Assembly (NCBI GenBank): GCA_001766815.1
Contig: LYOS01000003.1
Coordinates: forward strand, 205,254 to 237,253
Source of the DNA: Candidatus Syntropharchaeum caldarium
GTDB taxonomy: Archaea > Halobacteriota > Syntropharchaeia > Syntropharchaeales > Syntropharchaeaceae
DNA: 32,000 nt
Reading direction: 5' to 3'
Below the pieces are notes generated by a model that did not search any database, had not been told where the DNA came from, and saw nothing but the letters and a program-made list of their open reading frames with translations. The translations under genes were made by a program, and so were the position numbers. Positions 18,442 through 27,707 of this stretch are shown here, piece by piece. Within the stretch, counting starts at the first letter, position 1. Every line of letters starts with the position of its first letter.

Positions 18442-21231
18442 ATGACTAAATTTGTATATCTGTTCACCGAAGGTGATGGTACAAACAAACGTTTGCTTGG
18501 TGGTAAAGGCGCTGGACTCTGTGATATGACGCAGATCGGGCTTCCAGTTCCACCTGGATTTGTTATCACAACCGAAGCATGCCTTGAATATTCTAAAAAT
18601 GGGAACAAACTTCCAGAGGGGCTTCTTGACGAGGTTAAGGAGAATATAAAAGTATGTGAAGAGCTCACTGGTAAGAGATTTGGAGATGTGGAGAATCCGC
18701 TTCTCGTATCTGTAAGATCTGGTGCAGCGGTCTCGATGCCGGGCATGATGGATACGATCCTGAATCTGGGATTGAACGATGCAACGGTCCAGGGTCTTGC
18801 AGATGCTACGGGTGATGAACGCTTTGCGTATGATGCGTACAGGCGATTTATAGCACTCTTCTGCAATATCGCACTGGGTCTGGATGAGAAAGAATTTTAC
18901 GATATTCTGGATGACTACAAGAAGAAGAAAGGAGTCCAGTATGATCATGAACTCGATGTTGAATCTCTCAAAAGTCTGGTAAAAGACTACAAGGAGATCT
19001 GCAGGCGAGAGACAAAGGCAGACTTCCCATCAGATGTATTTAAACAACTGGAGCTTGCGATTAAAGCGGTCTTCGAGTCCTGGAATGGTAGAAGAGCGAT
19101 CGACTATAGAAGGGAGTTCAATATCACAGAAGATATCGCCAACGGCACCGCGGTGAATATCTGCACAATGGTCTTTGGCAATATGGGAAATACCTCAGCA
19201 ACAGGTGTTCTTTTCACCAGAGACCCTTCCACAGGTGAGAATGTCCTGTATGGTGAATACCTCCTGAACGCCCAGGGCGAGGATGTTGTTGCGGGAGTTA
19301 GAACGCCGAAGCCAATAATTGAGCTCAAAAAAGAGATGCCCGCAATGTATGATGAGTTGCTGAAAGTTAGAAAGATCTTGGAAGAGAGATATTCTGAAGT
19401 TCAGGATTTTGAGTTCACAATCGAGAAAGGGAAGCTGTATATCCTTCAAACTCGAAACGGAAAGTTGGGGCCAAATGCATGGGTCAGGACATCGGTTGAT
19501 ATGGTGAAAGAAGGACTTCTCACAAAAGAGGAGGCAGTTCACAGGGTAAAACCTGATGTCATCGAGCAACTGATGCATCGGCGTATCGATCCAAATGATA
19601 CCTCAACACCTGTTGCAAAAGGGATCGCAGCCTCCCCGGGTGCTGCAACTGGTAGGGCCATCTTTGATGCCGATGAGGCAGATAAACGTGGAAAACTGGC
19701 GCAAAAAGTAATACTGGTGCGGACTGAGACGAAGCCAGAGGATATTCATGGTTTCTTTGCTGCTCAGGGGATACTGACGAGTCGCGGTGGGAAGACAAGC
19801 CATGCTGCTGTTGTTGCAAGGGCGATGGGCAAACCCTGTGTATGTGGTGCAGAAGAGATCCTGATCGATGAGGAAGCTGGGTTTGCAAGGATCGGTGATG
19901 TTACGATAAGACAGGATGACATTATAACCATCGATGGAAGCGGTGGCAATGTATTTCTGGGCGAGGTTGATATGATCGAGCCTGATATTTCAGATGAACT
20001 CTTCACGCTCCTGAACTGGGCGGATGAGATCAGGAAACTTGGCGTCAGGACAAACATCGATACGCCAGAAGACGCAGCACTTGCCGTGAAGTTTGGCTGT
20101 GAGGGCGTGGGTCTCTGCAGGACAGAGCGCATGTTCAATCTGCCAGAGCGGCTCCCTGTGATTCAGCAGATGATCATGGCTGAGACAGAAGATGAGCGAA
20201 AGAGCGCGATCAACAAATTACTTCCAATGCAGCGGGAAGATTTTATAGCGATATTCAGGGTGATGCGGGATCTGCCAGTTACGATAAGACTTCTGGATCC
20301 ACCCCTGCATGAGTTTCTGCCACGAACTGAGGATATTGAGAGGGAACTCCAGATGCTTTTAGAGTTAAAGGCAGTCCTGAATAAGCTTGAAGCTGCGCCA
20401 AACCTCACAAAAGTCCTGGATTACAGGTTATTTGAGTACCTTCCACAGATACAGGAGATTATATGCGATGTGATAAAGCTTGAGGACAAGGAACTCCTTG
20501 ATATGCTCATAAGCTCAAAAGAACACGCGCTGGAGAAGATTGCTGCCTTTTCAGAGGTCAATCCAATGCTCGGACACAGAGGGGTGAGGATAGGTATCAC
20601 GTACCCCGAGATATACGAGATGCAGATCAGAGCGATACTGGAGGCTGCAGTTGAGGTGGCAAAGGAAGGACTGGAGGTTTCTCCGGAGATTATGGTTCCA
20701 CAGGTCTGCACTGCGCAGGAGCTTAAGTGGGTTCATGATATAGTAGAGCGTGTGGCCAGCGAGATTGAAGGGGCAAGAGGTGTCAGGGTAGCGTATAAGT
20801 TCGGTACGATGATCGAGGTTGTCAGGGCGTGCATGCGGGCAGGGAGGCTGGCTGAGGTTGCAAGCTTCTTCTCGTTTGGGACAAACGACCTCACACAGGC
20901 GACATTCTCGTTCTCACGCGAGGATGCAGAGAGCAAGTTTCTGCCACTCTACAATGAACGGGGAATACTGCAGGACAACCCCTTTGAGATACTCGATGTC
21001 AGAGGTGTTGGCAGGCTGATGCTCGTCACGATCGAGTGGGCGAGAAAGACAAGACCTGATATAAAGATCGGTGTCTGTGGTGAACAGGCGGGTGAGCCAC
21101 GATCAATCAAGTTCTGTAACAGTGCAGGGATAGATTATGTCAGCTGCTCACCTTATAGAGTTCCGATCGCAAGACTCGCGGCCGCACATGCAGAGATTGA
21201 AGGAGATAAGTTTGATCTGCTTTACAGGTAG
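18442..21231 (+). CDS. ppdK: Pyruvate, phosphate dikinase
   Basis: N-terminal ATP-grasp region (GGKGAGLCDM), phosphohistidine domain TSRGGKTSHAAVVARAMGKPCV, and C-terminal PEP-utilising domain (NPMLGHRG, FFSFGTNDLTQ, GVCGEQAG). ATG 18442 has a G-rich RBS, and the 52 codons upstream in the ORF track are non-conserved. Confidence 0.95.
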   Translation: MTKFVYLFTEGDGTNKRLLGGKGAGLCDMTQIGLPVPPGFVITTEACLEYSKNGNKLPEGLLDEVKENIKVCEELTGKRFGDVENPLLVSVRSGAAVSMPGMMDTILNLGLNDATVQGLADATGDERFAYDAYRRFIALFCNIALGLDEKEFYDILDDYKKKKGVQYDHELDVESLKSLVKDYKEICRRETKADFPSDVFKQLELAIKAVFESWNGRRAIDYRREFNITEDIANGTAVNICTMVFGNMGNTSATGVLFTRDPSTGENVLYGEYLLNAQGEDVVAGVRTPKPIIELKKEMPAMYDELLKVRKILEERYSEVQDFEFTIEKGKLYILQTRNGKLGPNAWVRTSVDMVKEGLLTKEEAVHRVKPDVIEQLMHRRIDPNDTSTPVAKGIAASPGAATGRAIFDADEADKRGKLAQKVILVRTETKPEDIHGFFAAQGILTSRGGKTSHAAVVARAMGKPCVCGAEEILIDEEAGFARIGDVTIRQDDIITIDGSGGNVFLGEVDMIEPDISDELFTLLNWADEIRKLGVRTNIDTPEDAALAVKFGCEGVGLCRTERMFNLPERLPVIQQMIMAETEDERKSAINKLLPMQREDFIAIFRVMRDLPVTIRLLDPPLHEFLPRTEDIERELQMLLELKAVLNKLEAAPNLTKVLDYRLFEYLPQIQEIICDVIKLEDKELLDMLISSKEHALEKIAAFSEVNPMLGHRGVRIGITYPEIYEMQIRAILEAAVEVAKEGLEVSPEIMVPQVCTAQELKWVHDIVERVASEIEGARGVRVAYKFGTMIEVVRACMRAGRLAEVASFFSFGTNDLTQATFSFSREDAESKFLPLYNERGILQDNPFEILDVRGVGRLMLVTIEWARKTRPDIKIGVCGEQAGEPRSIKFCNSAGIDYVSCSPYRVPIARLAAAHAEIEGDKFDLLYR

Positions 21232-22160
21232 GTTCCAAGTAGATATTGCGCTGCCATCCTGATGCTCTCACGTGAGTTGAATCTTGGCTTCCACCCAAGC
21301 TGCATCAATGAATCGATTGCCAGCATCATGCGAGGCACATCCCCCTTCCACCCACGTGAACCGCCTGTGTAGTTGTAAGTAACATCTTCAAGCCCCATCT
21401 CAGCAACCACAATATCTGCAATCGCTGTTACATCTATCGTATCTATGGATCCGAGATTGAATACATTGATCTGATTCGTGGCGTTCTCGACCGCGAATAT
21501 CATCCCCTCGACGCAGTCATCAACAAGCATGTACGACTTCTCCTGTCGTCCATCACCGAGTATCTCAAGCTCAGATGGGTTTGCTTTCAGCTTATTTATG
21601 AAGTCACAGGTCACACCATGCGTGCTTCTTTTACCAACCACATTTGCGAATCTAAATATCCATGCCCGCATATCAAATGTATGGGCGTATGAAGTTATCA
21701 ACGCCTCTGCTGCAAGCTTACTTGCACCGTATGTCGAGATCGGGAGAAGTGGGCCGTAATCCTCGGGTGTTGGCATGACATCTGCCTCACCATAGATCGT
21801 GGATGTTGATGTGAAGGCGATATCGCTTATCGCATGGGTCCGCATCACCTCAAGCAGGTTATGGGTCGCGATCACATTCTGTTCAAGGTGCACACCTGGA
21901 TCTATCTCACCGATCCTGACCTCAGGGTTTGCAGCAACGTGATAGACGAACTCAATCTTAAAATCCCGAAAGACCGCTTCAATATCTGCTGGTCTGAGAA
22001 GATCGCCTTCAACAAGTTCTATCCTGTCAAGGATATCCTCGATAAACTCGCGCCTCCCTGATGAAAAATTATCGAAGATCACCACTTTTCTCCCATCGCG
22101 AAGCAACCGGTCCACAAGATTACTCCCGATGAAGCCCGCACCACCTGTTACAAGTAACAT
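21222..22160 (-). CDS. NAD-dependent nucleotide-sugar epimerase/dehydratase (UDP-glucose 4-epimerase-like SDR)
   Basis: Rossmann motif TGGAGFIGSNLV and catalytic YGASK. ATG 22160 has GAGGAG 8 nt upstream. The alternative GTG 22169 overlaps the stop of the upstream kinase. The 3' end overlaps the ppdK 3' end by 10 nt. Confidence 0.85.
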   Translation of the reverse strand: MLLVTGGAGFIGSNLVDRLLRDGRKVVIFDNFSSGRREFIEDILDRIELVEGDLLRPADIEAVFRDFKIEFVYHVAANPEVRIGEIDPGVHLEQNVIATHNLLEVMRTHAISDIAFTSTSTIYGEADVMPTPEDYGPLLPISTYGASKLAAEALITSYAHTFDMRAWIFRFANVVGKRSTHGVTCDFINKLKANPSELEILGDGRQEKSYMLVDDCVEGMIFAVENATNQINVFNLGSIDTIDVTAIADIVVAEMGLEDVTYNYTGGSRGWKGDVPRMMLAIDSLMQLGWKPRFNSRESIRMAAQYLLGTYL

Positions 22161-22165
22161 ACCTC

Positions 22166-23629
22166 TCACTCCTCTGCCACTGGAAACTTCACAATAAACC
22201 TCGCACCCTGGCTATAATCTCCTTTCACACGATCCTCGACCCATATCATTCCATTATACCGTTTCACAAGTTCACATACAAGCGATAGCCCGATTCCTGT
22301 TCCCTTTATTCCCTCATCAACCCGCATGTATCGCTGGAATATTAATTTCTTCTCTGCATCCGAGATTCCTTTTCCATGATCAGTAACAGAAACCTGTACG
22401 AACTTTTCGTCTCTTTCAAGCTTAATATCAATGTTTACATCCCCCCGAAGCGAGTACTTGATCGCATTATCAACCAGGTTTGTGAAGATCGAGATTACAA
22501 GATCGTCTGCGAGGATGGTATAGTCTACTCCCTTTTCATAATCAAAGCGTATCATCACCTCTGTTTCATCCACCCATTCTTTGATCTTGATCGTCTTCAC
22601 CGCTTCGTTGATTACCTGAACAAGATCCACGGGGTGGAGCTCACACTTCACCTCATCGAGCCTTGAGAGTATCTTGACGTTTTCGATCAGTGAAATTGCT
22701 CGCCTGAGTTCAGATTGCATCGTATCAATGTAGTGCGTCTTTTTCTCTTCATCCAGGTCCTTTTTTGTCCGTAAAAGTTCAAGATAGCCGAGTAAAGCAT
22801 GGTTGATGTTTGTGATATCATGCATCATCAGATCAAGGTACAGGCGTGCGTTTCTTGTCTGCTGCTTTAACTCCCTTTCAAGCGTCTTTCTGAGCGTTAT
22901 ATCTCTTGCAACACCCTGAACCCCTGTAATCTCACTCCCATGCATGATCGCTGAAGTGTTCAGTTCGAAGAAAGCCACATCACCATCTTTCTTAAGGATC
23001 GAAACTTCATAGGGTGAAATTTGCTCCCCTTTCATCTGTTTATCAAGCAGCTCAAGTGCATGCTTACGCGATGTATCTGCGAGCAGATCTCTTATATTCA
23101 TTGAGAGCATTTCATCGACCGTGTATCCTGTGATCTCTTCAGCCCGTTTATTCACAAAGGTAAAGTTTCCCTCTGTATCTAATACAAAGATGAGATCGCC
23201 CGCATTCTCTGCAAGGTAACGATATCCTTTTTCAGATTCGATGAGTCTCCTTCTTGTCTCCTGTTTTTTTACAACTTCTTCGAGGTAGTGATCAAGTAGA
23301 CTGAATCTGAGTGGTTTCTGGATATAGGCAAAAGCCCCATTGTTCACTGCCTTTATCGCGGTTTCGACCTCTGCATACCCGGTAACAATCAGAACTTCTA
23401 TATCTTCATTGATTTCCCTGATCGCCTGCAATGTCTCGATACCGTTCATCTCAGGCATGACAAGATCAAGCAGCACGATATCACATGGATTCGATTTGAG
23501 GAACTCGAGCGCTTCTCTTCCACCCTTTGCCACAAAAACACGATACCCTTTCTCCTCAAGCACGTCTTTTATCGTCTCTCTCGTGCTTGGCACATCATCA
23601 ATGACAAGGATTCTGGCTTTATCCATCAT
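22166..23629 (-). CDS. Hybrid response-regulator receiver / PAS / histidine kinase
   Basis: 487 aa. REC domain (VIDDV..., phospho-acceptor in VLLDLVMPEMNG, IQKPL), one PAS domain, H-box LMMHDITN, and ATPase boxes NLVDNAIKY, DHGKGI and GTGIGLSL. Confidence 0.85.
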   Translation of the reverse strand: MMDKARILVIDDVPSTRETIKDVLEEKGYRVFVAKGGREALEFLKSNPCDIVLLDLVMPEMNGIETLQAIREINEDIEVLIVTGYAEVETAIKAVNNGAFAYIQKPLRFSLLDHYLEEVVKKQETRRRLIESEKGYRYLAENAGDLIFVLDTEGNFTFVNKRAEEITGYTVDEMLSMNIRDLLADTSRKHALELLDKQMKGEQISPYEVSILKKDGDVAFFELNTSAIMHGSEITGVQGVARDITLRKTLERELKQQTRNARLYLDLMMHDITNINHALLGYLELLRTKKDLDEEKKTHYIDTMQSELRRAISLIENVKILSRLDEVKCELHPVDLVQVINEAVKTIKIKEWVDETEVMIRFDYEKGVDYTILADDLVISIFTNLVDNAIKYSLRGDVNIDIKLERDEKFVQVSVTDHGKGISDAEKKLIFQRYMRVDEGIKGTGIGLSLVCELVKRYNGMIWVEDRVKGDYSQGARFIVKFPVAEE

Positions 23630-25932
23630 ATCACCCGTGGAAACCTCATAATAAAGGTTGTTCCTGCCCCCTCACAACTCTCAACCTCGATCTTACCACC
23701 ATGTGCTTCGACGATCTGCCGACATATCGAGAGTCCAAGCCCTACTCCATGCACTTTTGTTGTATATAAAGGCTCAAAGATCTTATCCTGCACCTCTTTC
23801 TTTATACCACAGCCAGTATCGCTGACCATTATTGCCACCTCTTCTTCATCCCTTATCCTGATCTCGATCGTTCCGCCATCCTCGATCGCATCAGCGGCGT
23901 TTGTGAGAAGGTTGAGAAAGACCCGCTCAAGCTGGTGGTAATCTGCACAGAACTGTGTTCCTATGGGATGGTGGCGTTTGATTACCACATTCACCTCTGG
24001 TGGTATATTAACTTTTTCAATCGCACTGTTTATTACATCCTCGATGATAAGCTTCTCTTTTATCGGCGTTTTAACCTTGGAAAAGTATAGGAGATCAGAT
24101 ATCAGCTTATCGATCCTTGAGATTTCCTGCTGCATCAAAAACAGGTGCTTATCGATCTTCTCACTCCTTGATGCAAGTACCATATCAAGATAATATACGG
24201 AGTTCTTGATCGCACCAAGTGGGTTCCTGATCTCGTGTGCAAATGTCCCTGCGAGCTCTCCAATCGTGGCAAGCCTCTCGCCACGTTTCAATCGTTCATA
24301 AGCCTCCTCAAGTTCCTGTGTTCGCTCAAAAACAAGCTCTTCAAGATGTAGTCTGTAGTTATCAAGCACTGCCTGTACTTTCTTCTCCTCGGTTATATCC
24401 CTGAAGTAGTAGAGAAACGCTGGTTTACCCTGGTAGGTTGCAACAGCACTGCTCAAACCCACACTGCGCACGCCTCCATCCTTTCTCACCCACTCAAACT
24501 CGTTGTATGGTGGAAGATCCTCCCCAGCCATCTTTCTCCTGTATCGATCTACAACCTCATCTTTGATTGCAGGATGGATTATATCAAGTCCTGACATTGC
24601 GTATAGCTCTTCTTTTGTGTAACCTGTAAGCTCGGCGTAATAATCGTTGACAAAGACATGCTTTGCCTCGATACCATCAATATCCTGTACAAGAGCAAAA
24701 CCCTCTTTTGCCGCGGATCCGGCATTGATGATCGTACGGTAAAGTTCTTCCACCTCTTTAAGCTTGGTGATATCCACACCTTCAAGCGCAACCCCGACGA
24801 CATTTTCATCGTCATCATAGATCGGGGTGGTTGTGAAATAGATGGAAATTCTATCACCCCTCTTTGTGAATACAGAGATCTCGCTATGTTGCGTTCTGCC
24901 AGAAAGCGACGCCTCAATCGAGGATCGAACGATTCTCTTAATCTCCTCTGATGACGTAAACCATTGACACTCCCAGAAAAACTTTCCGATCACCTCCTCT
25001 GGTGTAAAGTCAAGAATCTCCAGCGCTCTTTTGTTAACGAATGTGAGCCGCCCATCACGATCTGCTATCCCTGCAAAGTTTGATATCGAATCTATTAGCG
25101 TCTGTGCGCTCTTGATCTCGGCTTCTATAGCTTTACGATCTGAGATATCCCTTACGATTGCGGTTGCGATGTATTCACCCCCTGCCTCACTCATCGAGAC
25201 TGAGAGCTCAACTGGAACAGGTGTGCCATCTTTTTTTAGCCCTTCAAGTTCCAGAGTTTTTCCGATAACTGGGCCCGATCCTGTCCTATTGAAATGAATA
25301 AAACCCTTTCGCTTCAGATCTCTGTATTTCTGAGGCACGATCTTCATCAGGCTCTCTCCGAGGATCTCATCCTCTCTGTACCCGAATAATCGCTCTGCTC
25401 CTTTATTCCAGCGAACGATCTTCATTCGAGTGTCAACAGATATAACAGCATCAACAAATGTATCGATCAGTTCATGCAACTGTTCTTCGCTTCTGTGGTA
25501 ACTCTCTTCGGCGACTTTCTGCTTGGTAAGATCGGCAATTATCACTGCGATGGCGGGCATGCCCTCGTTCGTGATTGGGATGGACTTGAAAGTTACACGC
25601 CTAACTTCACCAGACCTTCTTACCATCCTGATATTCGAGAAACACACATCTCTCTGCGCCGGTCGCTGCCCCATCTTTTCACGCACATGATCACGGTAAT
25701 CAGGGTGGATCAATGTCATGAAGTCAAAGTCTGGTGATAGCAGTTCTTCTTCAGTGAATCCCCATGACTCAATTGCAGCGTGATTTGCGAATATGATCTG
25801 CCCACCCTGCAGAATAAAGACCGAATCGGTCAGGTTATTTATGAGCAACTTGTAGATATTTTCTGTCATCCCACCCAACTCATCTGTCCTGGTTAATATA
25901 TAAAAAACTCGCTTGTTGATATAATTTTGCAT
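23626..25932 (-). CDS. Cytoplasmic multi-PAS sensor histidine kinase
   Basis: 768 aa. About four PAS-like modules, H-box FAHEIRNPL, N-box LLTNAADAI, and G-boxes DTGCGI and GVGLGLSI. No TM segment. The alternative start ATG 25869 (M22) lies about 30 nt downstream of a TTTATATA box. Confidence 0.9.
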   Translation of the reverse strand: MQNYINKRVFYILTRTDELGGMTENIYKLLINNLTDSVFILQGGQIIFANHAAIESWGFTEEELLSPDFDFMTLIHPDYRDHVREKMGQRPAQRDVCFSNIRMVRRSGEVRRVTFKSIPITNEGMPAIAVIIADLTKQKVAEESYHRSEEQLHELIDTFVDAVISVDTRMKIVRWNKGAERLFGYREDEILGESLMKIVPQKYRDLKRKGFIHFNRTGSGPVIGKTLELEGLKKDGTPVPVELSVSMSEAGGEYIATAIVRDISDRKAIEAEIKSAQTLIDSISNFAGIADRDGRLTFVNKRALEILDFTPEEVIGKFFWECQWFTSSEEIKRIVRSSIEASLSGRTQHSEISVFTKRGDRISIYFTTTPIYDDDENVVGVALEGVDITKLKEVEELYRTIINAGSAAKEGFALVQDIDGIEAKHVFVNDYYAELTGYTKEELYAMSGLDIIHPAIKDEVVDRYRRKMAGEDLPPYNEFEWVRKDGGVRSVGLSSAVATYQGKPAFLYYFRDITEEKKVQAVLDNYRLHLEELVFERTQELEEAYERLKRGERLATIGELAGTFAHEIRNPLGAIKNSVYYLDMVLASRSEKIDKHLFLMQQEISRIDKLISDLLYFSKVKTPIKEKLIIEDVINSAIEKVNIPPEVNVVIKRHHPIGTQFCADYHQLERVFLNLLTNAADAIEDGGTIEIRIRDEEEVAIMVSDTGCGIKKEVQDKIFEPLYTTKVHGVGLGLSICRQIVEAHGGKIEVESCEGAGTTFIMRFPRVI
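25897..25904 (-). promoter_or_regulatory. TATA box (TTTATATA on the minus strand) inside the annotated 5' end of the PAS kinase ORF
   Basis: Consensus octamer about 31 nt upstream of in-frame ATG 25869. This would give a near-leaderless transcript starting at M22. Confidence 0.4.
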
Positions 25933-25974
25933 TTAATATCATTTAATATTATTATGGCGGTGAAGAAAGCTGGT

Positions 25975-26898
25975 TTAAGAATGCGCATGTCTGTGATTGT
26001 ACTTTTCACGCACTTCACCGATCTCCTGGTGGGTGTGCTCATGAATGTGAAGATGCACATGCTTCCCGTTTGCTGTCTCGATTGTTCTTGTTAAATGTGT
26101 GACCGCCTCATCCATACTAAGCGGTAAATTTTTGCAGTCATATCCAAAACATCCCAGAAGTTCGAATAATTGTACAACATCGGGTGTTGTGAGATTTGCA
26201 GCCTCAAGAAGATTTGAATCAAGCAATACTTCTCGCACCGTGCCTTCTCCAATTATTATTCGGTTCAGGACAATTACTCGATCTGCTATCTCAGGAACGG
26301 CATTGACATCGTGTGTTGCGGTTATCAACGTCTTACCCTCTTCTCGCAGTTTTGCGATCACACGTATCAACTCGGATCGACTCTTTGGGTCGAGGTTTGA
26401 GGTAGGTTCATCGAGAACAATTATATCTGGGTCCATCGAGAGTATGGTTGCAAAAGCAGCCCGTTTCTTCTGCCCAAAGCTTAAGTGGTGTGGTAACCGA
26501 TCCTCAAACCCTTCGAGCCCCACTTTGCGAAGTGCACGCCCAACCCGCTCTTTCACTTCATTTTCAGGTATTCCAAGGTTTCGAGGACCAAAAGCAACAT
26601 CATCAAAGAGTGTTGGCATGAATAGCTGGTCATCAGGATCCTGAAATACTATTCCAACCCTTTTTCGAATCTCTTTCAGATCAACCGAACCTATTCTGTC
26701 ACCAAAAATCTCAACCGAACCTTCACCCCCACCAAGAATTCCGTTGAGATGGAGCATGAGTGTGGACTTTCCAGCACCGTTTGGACCAAGAAGTGCAACA
26801 GATTCGCCCTCCAGGATCTCAGCTGATATGCCGTTCAGTGCACACGTCCCGTCTGGATACGTGTATGTGAGATCTTTGATACTGATTGCCGGTCTCAT
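25975..26898 (-). CDS. ABC transporter ATPase of the CbiO/EcfA (cobalt/nickel/ECF) type with a His-rich C-terminal tail
   Basis: 307 aa. Walker [11 protein letters not shown]-loop VFQDPDDQL, signature LSFGQKKR, Walker [10 protein letters not shown] and H-loop ATHD. The tail is [30 protein letters not shown]. The start overlaps the znuB stop (ATGA). Confidence 0.85.
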   Translation of the reverse strand: MRPAISIKDLTYTYPDGTCALNGISAEILEGESVALLGPNGAGKSTLMLHLNGILGGGEGSVEIFGDRIGSVDLKEIRKRVGIVFQDPDDQLFMPTLFDDVAFGPRNLGIPENEVKERVGRALRKVGLEGFEDRLPHHLSFGQKKRAAFATILSMDPDIIVLDEPTSNLDPKSRSELIRVIAKLREEGKTLITATHDVNAVPEIADRVIVLNRIIIGEGTVREVLLDSNLLEAANLTTPDVVQLFELLGCFGYDCKNLPLSMDEAVTHLTRTIETANGKHVHLHIHEHTHQEIGEVREKYNHRHAHS

Positions 26899-27707
26899 GA
26901 ACTAAAATACCTTCCTTTTTTTATAAGTGATGATATGATAAAAGCTATTCCAAGCACCATGATGATCGTTGCACCCGAGGCTAAATCAAGGTAATAGGAT
27001 AGTAAGAAACCTGTTGTGGTTAGAATTACGCTGATTGCAACAGACAGGAGCATCATCTTCCGGATGTTGTGGGTAAATTGCCCACATATAGCTGCAGGAA
27101 TTGTTAAGAGGGCAATGACAAGGATGATGCCCACGACCCTGACGAGAACCACAACACTCAGTGCGATAAGTGAGAGCAGAAGCAGGTAAAACCACCTTGT
27201 TGGTATTCCAACAACCTCTGCAAAATCTTCATCAAAAGAGATTGCTAAGAATTCCCTGTAAAACAGGATCACAAGGAGGATAATCACGAGGTCCAGAACC
27301 AGCATTATTATCAGATCAAATGATGGTACTGTGAGTATATTTCCAAAGAGGTAGCCGATAAGATCAGGGGCATAACCAGGGCTTAAACCGATGAATATAA
27401 TCCCAAGCGCCATCCCCATCGTCCACAATATCCCAATTGCGGTATCCTCACTCACTTCTGCCTCTTTACTGATCAATCCAATGCCGATGGCTGCGATGAT
27501 ACTGAAGGGAATTGCGGTGATGATGGGGCTCACACCGATGAGGTAGCCAAGCCCGATACCGCCAAATGCAGTATGTGAGATTCCGCCACTGATGAAGACG
27601 ATCCTGTTTATGACAACGTACGTCCCAACGATCCCACAGGCAATACTCACAAGCAGCGTTGCCATGAGTGCGTTCTGTACATATTCATACTGGAGAATCT
27701 CGATCAT
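26895..27707 (-). CDS. znuB: ABC-3 family metal (Zn/Mn/Fe) transporter permease
   Basis: 270 aa polytopic protein. The N-terminus [31 protein letters not shown] and [15 protein letters not shown] are typical of ZnuB/TroC/MntC permeases. Metal specificity is not certain. Confidence 0.88.
   Translation of the reverse strand: MIEILQYEYVQNALMATLLVSIACGIVGTYVVINRIVFISGGISHTAFGGIGLGYLIGVSPIITAIPFSIIAAIGIGLISKEAEVSEDTAIGILWTMGMALGIIFIGLSPGYAPDLIGYLFGNILTVPSFDLIIMLVLDLVIILLVILFYREFLAISFDEDFAEVVGIPTRWFYLLLLSLIALSVVVLVRVVGIILVIALLTIPAAICGQFTHNIRKMMLLSVAISVILTTTGFLLSYYLDLASGATIIMVLGIAFIISSLIKKGRYFSS

Noticed and set aside
25931-25949. Direct repeat atttaatat-c-atttaatat at the 5' end of the PAS kinase ORF
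   Set aside because: This is a very short, AT-only repeat in an AT-rich 42-bp spacer and overlaps the ATG at 25932. It is more likely TATA-like low complexity than a specific operator. It is noted only as context for the alternative start at 25869.
26099-26644. 181-aa + strand ORF opposite the CbiO-type ATPase
   Set aside because: This is the Ser/Arg-rich reverse frame of a gene that has a complete set of ABC motifs.
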